64,000 bases of DNA, from the NCBI GenBank assembly GCA_021732145.1, contig JAKFVN010000005.1, positions 7,019 through 71,018 of the forward strand, in the 5' to 3' direction. Within the stretch, counting starts at the first letter, position 1. Each line of letters opens with the position of its first letter. The position numbers were made by a program, and so were the translations under genes. Below, piece after piece: positions 19,995 through 28,143 of this stretch. The notes beneath the pieces were generated by a model, which saw nothing but the letters and a program-made list of their open reading frames with translations, did not search any database and was not told the origin of the DNA. The stretch comes from Alphaproteobacteria bacterium (GTDB lineage: Bacteria > Pseudomonadota > Alphaproteobacteria > UBA9219 > RGZA01).

Positions 19995-22900
19995 TGGCCA
20001 TGCCAGACCCGCAGATGCAGCGCCATTTTTCCATGAACTATTACCGCGGGCCAGCGCAGGAAACGTTTTACAGCGCCCATCCTGATTACAGGCCATCATA
20101 TGATGATGTGCGGCATATGGTGGAAGCCGGAAAGCTCATTGAAATCTTCTATGATTTCGAAGCATCCGATAAACTGGCGGGCAGCGCCGTGCCAAAAGAA
20201 TATGCTGCGCTGGCCTTTGATTTGCGCGGGCGGCTGCTGGCGCATTTACGCATTCCCATCGCTATTCCCGAGCATCAGGCCTATGCCATTGGCGCGGCAT
20301 TGGTGGGCCGCATCGGCGTGCGTGATATGGCGCAAGGTTGGCCGGGCCATATGGCGGCGACCATGGTGCAAAACTTCCTTAAAGAATCCACACAGCTCAA
20401 CGGAAATGTATTAGGGCTAGAAGAAGTCACCTTTGCTGATGGCAAAAAAGGCTTCCGCTATGATTTGCCAAGCGATGGCAAAGCGCCGGTTGAATTGGAA
20501 ATCCACCAAAGCGGAAAAAAATTCCGTTTTGCTGGCGAGGAAGACTGGCAAAAAATCTACGGCGTATCGCAGCCATTCAACGGCGAAAATTATGATGACC
20601 CGATGGCCAGCCATTGGTATGCGCGCATGGGCATGGCGAGCCTGTTCCCCGGAAACCAGAAACGCCACGATACATTCCGCGAAGACGTGCGCGCCAAAGC
20701 CATTTGGGAATGGGCATTTGGCAAGCAAGGCAAGGATGGTTTGGTGTTGCCAGACCGCTGGCATAAAAAGACCAAACGCATGGTGCGCTCAACGCGCCTT
20801 GGCGATATTTTGCTGGCCAATAGCCGTACAGCCAACCGTGCGCGCGGTGTGGAAGGCGGGGCGGTGTTCTATGATGGCCGCGACCCAGACCCAGAAATCA
20901 TGCATGCATCCGATGAAGATGCGGCGGGTACAGCCGCGCTTAGTTTTTATCTGCGCCGCCTTGACCCTGAAGGCATGCGGTTTGTTTCCAGTTTGGCAGA
21001 GCGCAATAGTTATAAGGATTTCCTGCAAGGCACGGATGATTTCACCGACCGCCCGGCGCTTGGTTTCGTGCATTATGATGAAGGGATGCTGACGCGCGGC
21101 ATTGGCACGCTGCTGGCGACCGATGATGAATATGACGGCTTTGGCGACCGCAAGCGCGCGCTGCTGTTTAATTTATGCCATAATCCCGATGATTTATTGC
21201 ATTTGAACCATGAACAATTGCGCCCGCTGCTGGTGCAGCGGCACAACCCGATTTTTGTGCCATTGGTTTTAAACCGCACGCCGCAAGTGTGCGAATTTGA
21301 CCGCGCCTATAAGGCAGGCGCGGGCGGGCAGCACTCACCGGAAGAATATCACCGCCGCCGCCATGTTATTCTTAGCCACCGCGCATTCATTCAGCGCGTG
21401 ATGGAAACGCAGCTGGATTTGGTTAGCGTAACGCGTCCGCCCAATATCGTGACGACGCGGTCATTGGAAGACGATAGTTACAGTAGATATGGCGATTTGA
21501 AATACTTTGCGTATAAGGATGCTGCGACGGGGCAAGTTATCCCCATTCGCAAAACGGAATACCCTGATGTGTATGCACGCGCGACCAATAAATGGAATTA
21601 TGTGCGCCAGTTTGATTATTTGCTGCGCAGGGCAACCGAAGGTCATGCGATTGAATACAGCGATGATGACACAGCGCTGCTGGATTATCAGGAACGGCTG
21701 AAGGAAGTTGAACGCAAGTTGAAAGCGCATCAAGTCGGGTGGGATAAGCCGTTCACTTTGCCGGAAACCGGCATGGCGCTGGGCACGATTGAAGATGCGC
21801 GCATGCATTTATGGACGCTGCGCCACGCATGCCGCGCCGCATTGTTCAATTGCGTGCCGGAATTCTGGGTGATTAATTCGCGTGGGCAGCGTTTGCCGTG
21901 GGAAAAAGTGATTGCGATGGAAAGCGGCACGCGCAAAGGGCAATGGCCGCTGCGCGAAGACCGCGAAACGGGCGACCATTTGCGCATTACGTTTGAGCGC
22001 AATGATAAATTGCATGCCATTATCACCGCGCTGCGCGTTTTAGATGCCGATGCGTTTCTTGCAAAGCAGGGAAGCAGGCGCTGGCAAGAATGGTGGCGCA
22101 ATTATGTGGATACGAACTACGCCGAATGGAAACCGTTTTACGAAGCGTTTATCACATTGGGCGTGCAAGGCCCGCCGAACTTAGAGGCATCCGAACAGCG
22201 CCGCATGAGCGAGCGCAAGGCATTGCTGGAAATCGACCAGTTGATGAACAAGGCGGCGGAAACACCCGCCAGCGATTACATCCGCACGGTTTTAAAAACG
22301 CCGCAGGGGCAAAAACTGCTCGCGGAGCATCACGCGCATAAAAAACGCCGCATGAAAGCGTATCGGTGGACACCGGATAAGATGGAATTGATGGGATACG
22401 ATGCGCAGACGGCGTACCCAACGCTGAATACGCGTTACCGCATTGACCCGAAGAAGCTGATACGCCTGAAAGTGCCGGATGTAATGCTGGATCACCCGGA
22501 TTGGGATGATCACTGGCATCGCTTCCATATTATTGAACGCCCGCACCGCGATGTGCTGCGCGCCATTGAAAAGGCCGGGCCGGATACAGTCGTGTTGCTG
22601 GAAGGCGAAGCCACAGGCATGTTCCGCCTGGCAGCAAAAGCCGTGTGTCACCGCTTGCCGCCGCAGGGCGAGCGCACCCAGCAGGCAATTGCACGCGCAA
22701 AAAGTTCATATGGCACGGTTGGCAGGCAGTTATCCGGCCTTGCCGATGGGTTGCGCCTATTGAGTTTCGAGCAAATGGCGCCCGTGCATTTTGAACGCAA
22801 GGTGGATGAGTGTATTCAGCATGTCGCACTGCCGGCGCAGGATTGGGCGGGTTTAGCCGATGCCCGCGCAGGTGGTTTGCCAAAACCGCTGAAGAAGCTG

Positions 22901-23305
22901 ACCGGCATTATTGTGCGTGATACGGGTCAGGAATTCACCCAAGGGGATATTCGCCTGCGCCGCATGTCACGCGGGGAAGAAACGGGCGATGAGTATTCAG
23001 GGCGCCTCAAATCCGCGCAGCGCGTATCGCTCGACGATATTTGCAAGATGAGCGATGCGCAGGCGCAGCCATTCGGAAAATTATCCGCCGCCGATTTATA
23101 CAGCCAATGGAAAAAACTATTTGCCGATATGCGCGTCACTGACCCCGCCAAACAAAAGCTGTGGATTTTGAAGCTGGAGCGCCCGGTTAGCAAACTGACC
23201 TACACTTATTTCAACCGCGCGCAGCAGCCGGTTGCTGCGTTTATTTCCACACGGCCATTAAAAGGCCGCCAACAAAAACCGCAAGCTAGAAGGGCCGCAG
23301 CATGA
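19994..23305 (+). CDS. large DEDDh 3'-5' exonuclease, Exonuclease I (SbcB)-like, possible C-terminal ASCH/PUA-like domain
   Basis: Exo motif I FYDFEAS, motif II FNGENYDD, motif III MHASDEDA, plus RLGDILLANS and NRTP; start overlaps the upstream stop (TGATG). Confidence 0.75.
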   Translation: MAMPDPQMQRHFSMNYYRGPAQETFYSAHPDYRPSYDDVRHMVEAGKLIEIFYDFEASDKLAGSAVPKEYAALAFDLRGRLLAHLRIPIAIPEHQAYAIGAALVGRIGVRDMAQGWPGHMAATMVQNFLKESTQLNGNVLGLEEVTFADGKKGFRYDLPSDGKAPVELEIHQSGKKFRFAGEEDWQKIYGVSQPFNGENYDDPMASHWYARMGMASLFPGNQKRHDTFREDVRAKAIWEWAFGKQGKDGLVLPDRWHKKTKRMVRSTRLGDILLANSRTANRARGVEGGAVFYDGRDPDPEIMHASDEDAAGTAALSFYLRRLDPEGMRFVSSLAERNSYKDFLQGTDDFTDRPALGFVHYDEGMLTRGIGTLLATDDEYDGFGDRKRALLFNLCHNPDDLLHLNHEQLRPLLVQRHNPIFVPLVLNRTPQVCEFDRAYKAGAGGQHSPEEYHRRRHVILSHRAFIQRVMETQLDLVSVTRPPNIVTTRSLEDDSYSRYGDLKYFAYKDAATGQVIPIRKTEYPDVYARATNKWNYVRQFDYLLRRATEGHAIEYSDDDTALLDYQERLKEVERKLKAHQVGWDKPFTLPETGMALGTIEDARMHLWTLRHACRAALFNCVPEFWVINSRGQRLPWEKVIAMESGTRKGQWPLREDRETGDHLRITFERNDKLHAIITALRVLDADAFLAKQGSRRWQEWWRNYVDTNYAEWKPFYEAFITLGVQGPPNLEASEQRRMSERKALLEIDQLMNKAAETPASDYIRTVLKTPQGQKLLAEHHAHKKRRMKAYRWTPDKMELMGYDAQTAYPTLNTRYRIDPKKLIRLKVPDVMLDHPDWDDHWHRFHIIERPHRDVLRAIEKAGPDTVVLLEGEATGMFRLAAKAVCHRLPPQGERTQQAIARAKSSYGTVGRQLSGLADGLRLLSFEQMAPVHFERKVDECIQHVALPAQDWAGLADARAGGLPKPLKKLTGIIVRDTGQEFTQGDIRLRRMSRGEETGDEYSGRLKSAQRVSLDDICKMSDAQAQPFGKLSAADLYSQWKKLFADMRVTDPAKQKLWILKLERPVSKLTYTYFNRAQQPVAAFISTRPLKGRQQKPQARRAAA

Positions 23306-25572
23306 GCACAGAACCCGATTATGCAGCATTATACCGTGATGTTCATTTGTTTGGCGAGAAGCGCGGAATGTTTTCACCGTTTTATCAAGCGCATGCGCGA
23401 AAGAAAGGCCCGCGCTTTGACCAAATGCGTGCGGTGAACACGGTTGCGTTTGTAACATTGGCGCAGTTGCTGCAGGGCAAACGCACGATTTACCGCTTTG
23501 GTGCGATTTCAAAAGGCATGCGTGCCAATTATCAGGCGAAGATGAACGGCCCATTCATGGTGGAACGCGGCGACGGGTCATTAAAGCGCGGTTTTGATAC
23601 GCTTGATCTCGATGAAAAAATTGGCTCGCAGCAATATGTCGCCGAAGTCATTCTGCCGAACCAGCGCACGCAGATTGAGGGTCTCAGCTTCCTGCGTTCG
23701 CTGTTTCCGGAAAGCCCGGTGATTGTGCCCGCGTTTTTGCAGGCAGCAACCGTGCTGGCTGGCCAGCCCAATTTCGACCGTGGCGTAAAGCGCAAGGACA
23801 AGGATTACATGGTGCTGTGGGACCCCGTGATTGTGGAGTTGATTAACATGCTGCCCATGCAGGGGGATTGGCATTTCTCGCGCTCATCACACCTTGAACT
23901 GGGCCGCGCCGTGTTGATTGCCGCGGGATTGGAACCACGCAGACCCGAAGCGGATATGAGCTTCCCCGATGTTGAAAAAAATGAAGTCACACTATTTGAA
24001 ATGGCAAAGAAACGCCTTGAGTACCTGGTATGGGCGGCAGAAAACAAATTTGATTTGGATATAGAGCCAACGCATCTTGTTCGTGACTTGGCGATTGCGC
24101 AAATGGCGGAGCGCGGGCTGCTGCCCAATGCCAACCCCGTATTCATGGCGGGGATTGAAGCGAATATTGCAGGCCTTCGTGAGTTGCAAAAGGAAGTCGA
24201 ACCGTTTTTGCTGGCGCAAATTAAAGCGGATAAGTTTGAAATTGATACAACGGATTTGAAAGCGGTTAATCCCAATTTCGCGTTTTCCGTTGAAGCGGCA
24301 AAGAGCGGTGTATTGCCCGCCTCATCCTTCAGTCTTTCGGGCATTGCGGACAGGTTCGGTTTGCGCCGCTATTCCGATGCCGATTTGCAATCGGATATTT
24401 ATAACAGTGAAGAAATCCAGCGCATGAACAGGCAGGGGTTTGCGCTGGGCGCGGGGGATATTTTCCTTCCCCCCATGCGCCCCAGCGATACGGAGGCCAA
24501 ATCGCTGAAAGACCATGATGGGCGCAGCATTTTCTCCCGCCCCGTCATCACCGATTTGACCGAGCGTGAGATGATGCAGGCGCAGTTTGTGCTGGGCGCG
24601 GCAGAAACATTCATGCTGCCTGCCAAGCGCACGCTGTTTATTGTCGCCGATGATAAGTACGGGCCGGAAACCGCAAAACTGAACGGGCTGGCGTATGATG
24701 ATGAAGCGCCCAATGCCGCTGGCGCGGAGTTCCAAAAGAAAGTTCGCGAGCCGCATCGCGCCATCATCCGTGACTTGCAGCACCAGCTAAGCGCGCACGG
24801 CCATGTGATTAGCGCGCCGGACTTCCAACGTGTTTATGGCGTGTTCCAAGCCTTACCGGAATTTGCGGTATCGCCCGGCGAAGCCATGCCCGGAAGCGCG
24901 GCGCGGCTGGCGGCACGGCACCGTTACCTTGCGCGCAACGTGACCGATTTTGTGTTCAAGACAGGAATGTGGGAACAGTCGAATGACGGGGTGCAGGATA
25001 TGATTTTGGCAACCCGCATGCAGTTGGGACTGGAATCTGGCGCAGCACATGAACCGCACACCATTCGTGTCGTTGACGAAAACGGCAAGCCGCTATCGCT
25101 GGCTGACCGTGCGATGGCGATATGGCCGCAGTTGAAGAAGGCGATTGAAGCAGGGCGTGACGCGCATGATTTGGTGGAGCCAGCAACGGCGATTGCGCAG
25201 TGTTGGGCGTTCCACCGCTTGCTCACCGATCATCCGCTGCGCCAGATGGTGTTCACCGATTTACGCGAAAAAGAAAAGCTGTTCCTCCCCGCGAATATGA
25301 ATTGGCACCGCTTGCCCGTGCAACCCGGGGCCTATGGCCAGCAGGAATTTGAAAAATTATGGCATGACGAAATCAAGCCTGCGCTCGAAGGACGCATGGC
25401 AATGGCCGTGCGCACGCGTCACTTATCGCACATGGATGATTTTGCGGAATTAAAACGCAGGCAGGATGCCGCGCAAAAAATGGATATGGCTGGCACGCGG
25501 CCAGAAGCGGCGCGCGCGGCAAAAAGCGGCGGCGTGGCTGGCGTGCGCGAAGCGGCGCGCAATACCATGTGA
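23302..25572 (+). CDS. hypothetical protein with two DUF4406/nucleoside 2-deoxyribosyltransferase-like domains
   Basis: DYMVLW...MQGDWHFSRSSHLELGRA and FKTGMWEQSNDGVQDMILA resemble the GWxxSxGAxxE signature; ATGA overlap. Confidence 0.55.
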   Translation: MSTEPDYAALYRDVHLFGEKRGMFSPFYQAHARKKGPRFDQMRAVNTVAFVTLAQLLQGKRTIYRFGAISKGMRANYQAKMNGPFMVERGDGSLKRGFDTLDLDEKIGSQQYVAEVILPNQRTQIEGLSFLRSLFPESPVIVPAFLQAATVLAGQPNFDRGVKRKDKDYMVLWDPVIVELINMLPMQGDWHFSRSSHLELGRAVLIAAGLEPRRPEADMSFPDVEKNEVTLFEMAKKRLEYLVWAAENKFDLDIEPTHLVRDLAIAQMAERGLLPNANPVFMAGIEANIAGLRELQKEVEPFLLAQIKADKFEIDTTDLKAVNPNFAFSVEAAKSGVLPASSFSLSGIADRFGLRRYSDADLQSDIYNSEEIQRMNRQGFALGAGDIFLPPMRPSDTEAKSLKDHDGRSIFSRPVITDLTEREMMQAQFVLGAAETFMLPAKRTLFIVADDKYGPETAKLNGLAYDDEAPNAAGAEFQKKVREPHRAIIRDLQHQLSAHGHVISAPDFQRVYGVFQALPEFAVSPGEAMPGSAARLAARHRYLARNVTDFVFKTGMWEQSNDGVQDMILATRMQLGLESGAAHEPHTIRVVDENGKPLSLADRAMAIWPQLKKAIEAGRDAHDLVEPATAIAQCWAFHRLLTDHPLRQMVFTDLREKEKLFLPANMNWHRLPVQPGAYGQQEFEKLWHDEIKPALEGRMAMAVRTRHLSHMDDFAELKRRQDAAQKMDMAGTRPEAARAAKSGGVAGVREAARNTM

Positions 25573-25610
25573 TGGATTGGGCAATCGAGTGAGTTAGGAT
25601 TTTCGAGGAC

Positions 25611-25697
25611 TAAAAACCCGCAGCAGTGCCAGAATTTTGCTAACACCAACCCTACTGCGGGTCATTGCGTTCTGAACGTTGAAGCAGAACGAACCTT
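25611..25697 (-). ncRNA. putative two-hairpin small RNA, copy 3 (ends approximate)
   Basis: Invariant core 25613..25661; 5' hairpin CGTTCTG/CAGAACG 25668..25691. Confidence 0.7.
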
Positions 25698-25699
25698 CA

Positions 25700-25947
25700 T
25701 ATTTATGCTGATTTGCCTAAAGAGTCGATATGGAAAATTGATACGAAAGTAAAATAATTCGCTAGACGATTCATTTTATTCGGGTAAGTTTTGCGTCGCT
25801 AACACCACTAAACCAGTGACAGAATCACTATCTGAACATGCATGTGGCACAATGTGATTACCCGCTTTAGCGGGGTAGTCTTGCGCCAAGCTTGATGTGC
25901 ATGTGGATAACTTTCTGGCATTGGCACAATTGCCGGAATATCCAATG
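25700..25947 (+). promoter_or_regulatory. divergent promoter pair and structured leader, module copy 3
   Basis: TAGACG(25763)-16-TAAGTT; boxes GCTAACACCA 25798..25807 and CAGTGACAGAAT 25814..25825; hairpins 25856..25880 and 25921..25936. Confidence 0.65.
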
Positions 25948-27042
25948 CCCCACAAGGCACACGAAGAACCAGAACCCAAAATTGCCCAAATAAGCCCGGA
26001 TGTGCTGCGTCATATTGACCGCGCCAATAATGTTGATTGGGACAGGGTTGTGCCGCTTGCCATCAATTATGGCCGTTGCAGAGCAACTGGCATAATGGTG
26101 AAAGAGTTTGCCGAAGAGCTGGCGGCGGCTGGCTTCGTAAAGCAGGCAGGCAACGGTACTTATGCGCTGAATATCGAAAAGCACCCGCTGGCCAAGGAAG
26201 ATGTTGAAGCGCATATCAAGACAGTCGAGCAATACTGCATTGAAAAGAAGCATATTGCGGAGCTGCGCGGCGAGCGCCTGTATTTAACCGACAGTTTAAA
26301 CCCCGAACATAAAGACCGCTATGCCACCTATGACCGCAATTTGCGCGTGATGGGCTTTTGGGTGCATTCGGTATGCGTGATTACGCATCAATGCACGGGC
26401 GAGCATAAGGGCGATCTCATTCTGGCGGAACGCCACCCGCTGATTATCGAAACCAAGAATGACAGCAAATGGGATCCGTTATCGGGCGCGATTGCCGCGG
26501 GCACAACGCCATTTGAAACATTGGTCAGCGAAGGGTTTGATGAGTACGGTTTAAGCGAGCGCCAGATGCGCCGCGCGCGACCCTTAACAACAGTGACAAC
26601 GCAGCGCGTGTGCAGCGAAAACTCAAATCATATTGTGCGTGAACGTGTGCAGGTCAGCATGCTTGGCTTAACCGGAAAAGAATTCAAACGCCTGGCCTGC
26701 CATGACGTGAAAGATGTGGTGGTGCGGCACGGCGAAGGCACGCGCAAGATGGGCGTGACATCGAATGTCGGCTTTGTGCGCGTATCGCCTGGCAAGGTGA
26801 TGGAGCATTTGCGCAAGCGCAAGCACTTGAAGAACGGCAAGGCCTTATCGATGCTCAGCTATTTGGTGCGTGAGGGCCATACTGCAGCAGCCGACCCCAG
26901 CGCGGCAGATATCCGCAATCGCCTTGCGCATAAGCCAAAAACCTATTGCCGCACCAGCAAAACCTGGAAAATGCATATCCGCACGCCGGTTCGCGGCGCG
27001 ATGCGTCATGCGCAACCTGCACAATGCAGGCTTGCGGCATGA
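25945..27042 (+). CDS. divergent NUDIX-fold protein
   Basis: DLILAERH...KWDPLSGAIAAGTTPFETLVSEGFDEYGL (degenerate Nudix box); start moved to ATG 25945 by alignment with the other two module copies. Confidence 0.7.
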   Translation: MPHKAHEEPEPKIAQISPDVLRHIDRANNVDWDRVVPLAINYGRCRATGIMVKEFAEELAAAGFVKQAGNGTYALNIEKHPLAKEDVEAHIKTVEQYCIEKKHIAELRGERLYLTDSLNPEHKDRYATYDRNLRVMGFWVHSVCVITHQCTGEHKGDLILAERHPLIIETKNDSKWDPLSGAIAAGTTPFETLVSEGFDEYGLSERQMRRARPLTTVTTQRVCSENSNHIVRERVQVSMLGLTGKEFKRLACHDVKDVVVRHGEGTRKMGVTSNVGFVRVSPGKVMEHLRKRKHLKNGKALSMLSYLVREGHTAAADPSAADIRNRLAHKPKTYCRTSKTWKMHIRTPVRGAMRHAQPAQCRLAA

Positions 27043-28139
27043 GTTTTATCACAACGCGTGATTTATTCATTGACGCTGCACGCATGGTTGCCAAACGGAT
27101 GAAAATTATCCACCCGCGCCCATTGCTGATGCGGCTTGATTTTGAAGACGGCGTTCACCTGTTCACGCATGGCGCAAAACCAAATCTCAATACGATTGGC
27201 GTTGGCAAAATCGCCAGGGATAAGGATTTAACGGTGCGCGTTCTGGAAAATCTGGGCTTGCCCACGCCGCCATCGCATTTCGTTGAATTAACGCGCGAAA
27301 AATTTGCCAAGGCCGATGACATTACCCAGACAGCGGAATATAAGGCGTTGGATGCGTTTGCGCAGCGCGTGGGTTACCCGATTTTTCTAAAGCCCAACCA
27401 GGGTTCGCAGGGTTGCAATGTGTTCTGCGTGCCGGATGAAGATAAGCTGAAAAATATTGTGGGTTCACTGATTAAACGCGCGCCGGGTTATTTCATCGCG
27501 CAGGAAGCATCAGTGGGCGAGGAATACCGCATTGTAGTGGTGCAGGGTGAAATCCAGCTTGCCTATTACCGCCGCCCGTTATCGGTAGTGGGGGATGGCG
27601 TTGCAACCATTCAGCATTTGGTTGACCGCCAGAATAGATGGCTGCAAAAACGCGGCCGCCATACCAATTTGAAATCCAATAGCGATAAAATTAAAATGCA
27701 TTTGGCAAGCCAAGGCCTGCGCCTTGATAGCGTATTGCCAATGGGCGATGTGGTGACGGTATTATCTAACCGCAATCTGTCCGATGGCAGCGAGCCCGTT
27801 GAATGCACGCAGATGATACGCGAAAAATACAGCGCGCTGTGTCGCGATGTTTATGAGCGGGGCGGCGTTGATTATTGCGGGTTGGATTTAATCGAAGATA
27901 TTCGCAGCGGTCAGATTAAACCTGTAATCATCGAAATTAACAGCAGCCCCGGCTACAAGCATTTCATTCGCAGCGCGCCGGAAAACCCGCCGCTGGTGCG
28001 CAGCGTATTCATCGAAGCCATTCATGCATCGCACCGCAAGCAGGTGCTGCTGCATTCGGCATACCGCCCCAGCGTTTATCTTTTAACCAGCACCACGCCG
28101 CCGCAACCCCCGCACGCCGCACTGTTAATCCAGGGATGA
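27039..28139 (+). CDS. ATP-grasp ligase (cyanophycin synthetase/GshF-type ATP-grasp domain)
   Basis: ARDKDLT, YPIFLKPNQGSQG, EYRIVV, VVGDGVATI, NLSDG, GLDLI, IIEINSSPG; ATGA overlap. Confidence 0.85.
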   Translation: MSFITTRDLFIDAARMVAKRMKIIHPRPLLMRLDFEDGVHLFTHGAKPNLNTIGVGKIARDKDLTVRVLENLGLPTPPSHFVELTREKFAKADDITQTAEYKALDAFAQRVGYPIFLKPNQGSQGCNVFCVPDEDKLKNIVGSLIKRAPGYFIAQEASVGEEYRIVVVQGEIQLAYYRRPLSVVGDGVATIQHLVDRQNRWLQKRGRHTNLKSNSDKIKMHLASQGLRLDSVLPMGDVVTVLSNRNLSDGSEPVECTQMIREKYSALCRDVYERGGVDYCGLDLIEDIRSGQIKPVIIEINSSPGYKHFIRSAPENPPLVRSVFIEAIHASHRKQVLLHSAYRPSVYLLTSTTPPQPPHAALLIQG

Positions 28140-28143
28140 AAGG

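Noticed and set aside
11671-25661. The three 49-bp identical repeats as a CRISPR array or integron attC cassette array
   Set aside because: The copies are 3.8 and 10.2 kb apart, there are no cas or integron-integrase genes, no attC-type RYYYAAC/GTTRRRY ends are evident, and conservation extends through the promoters to the start codon
25902-25910. Perfect DnaA box in leader copy 3
   Set aside because: Not present in the other two module copies; likely chance
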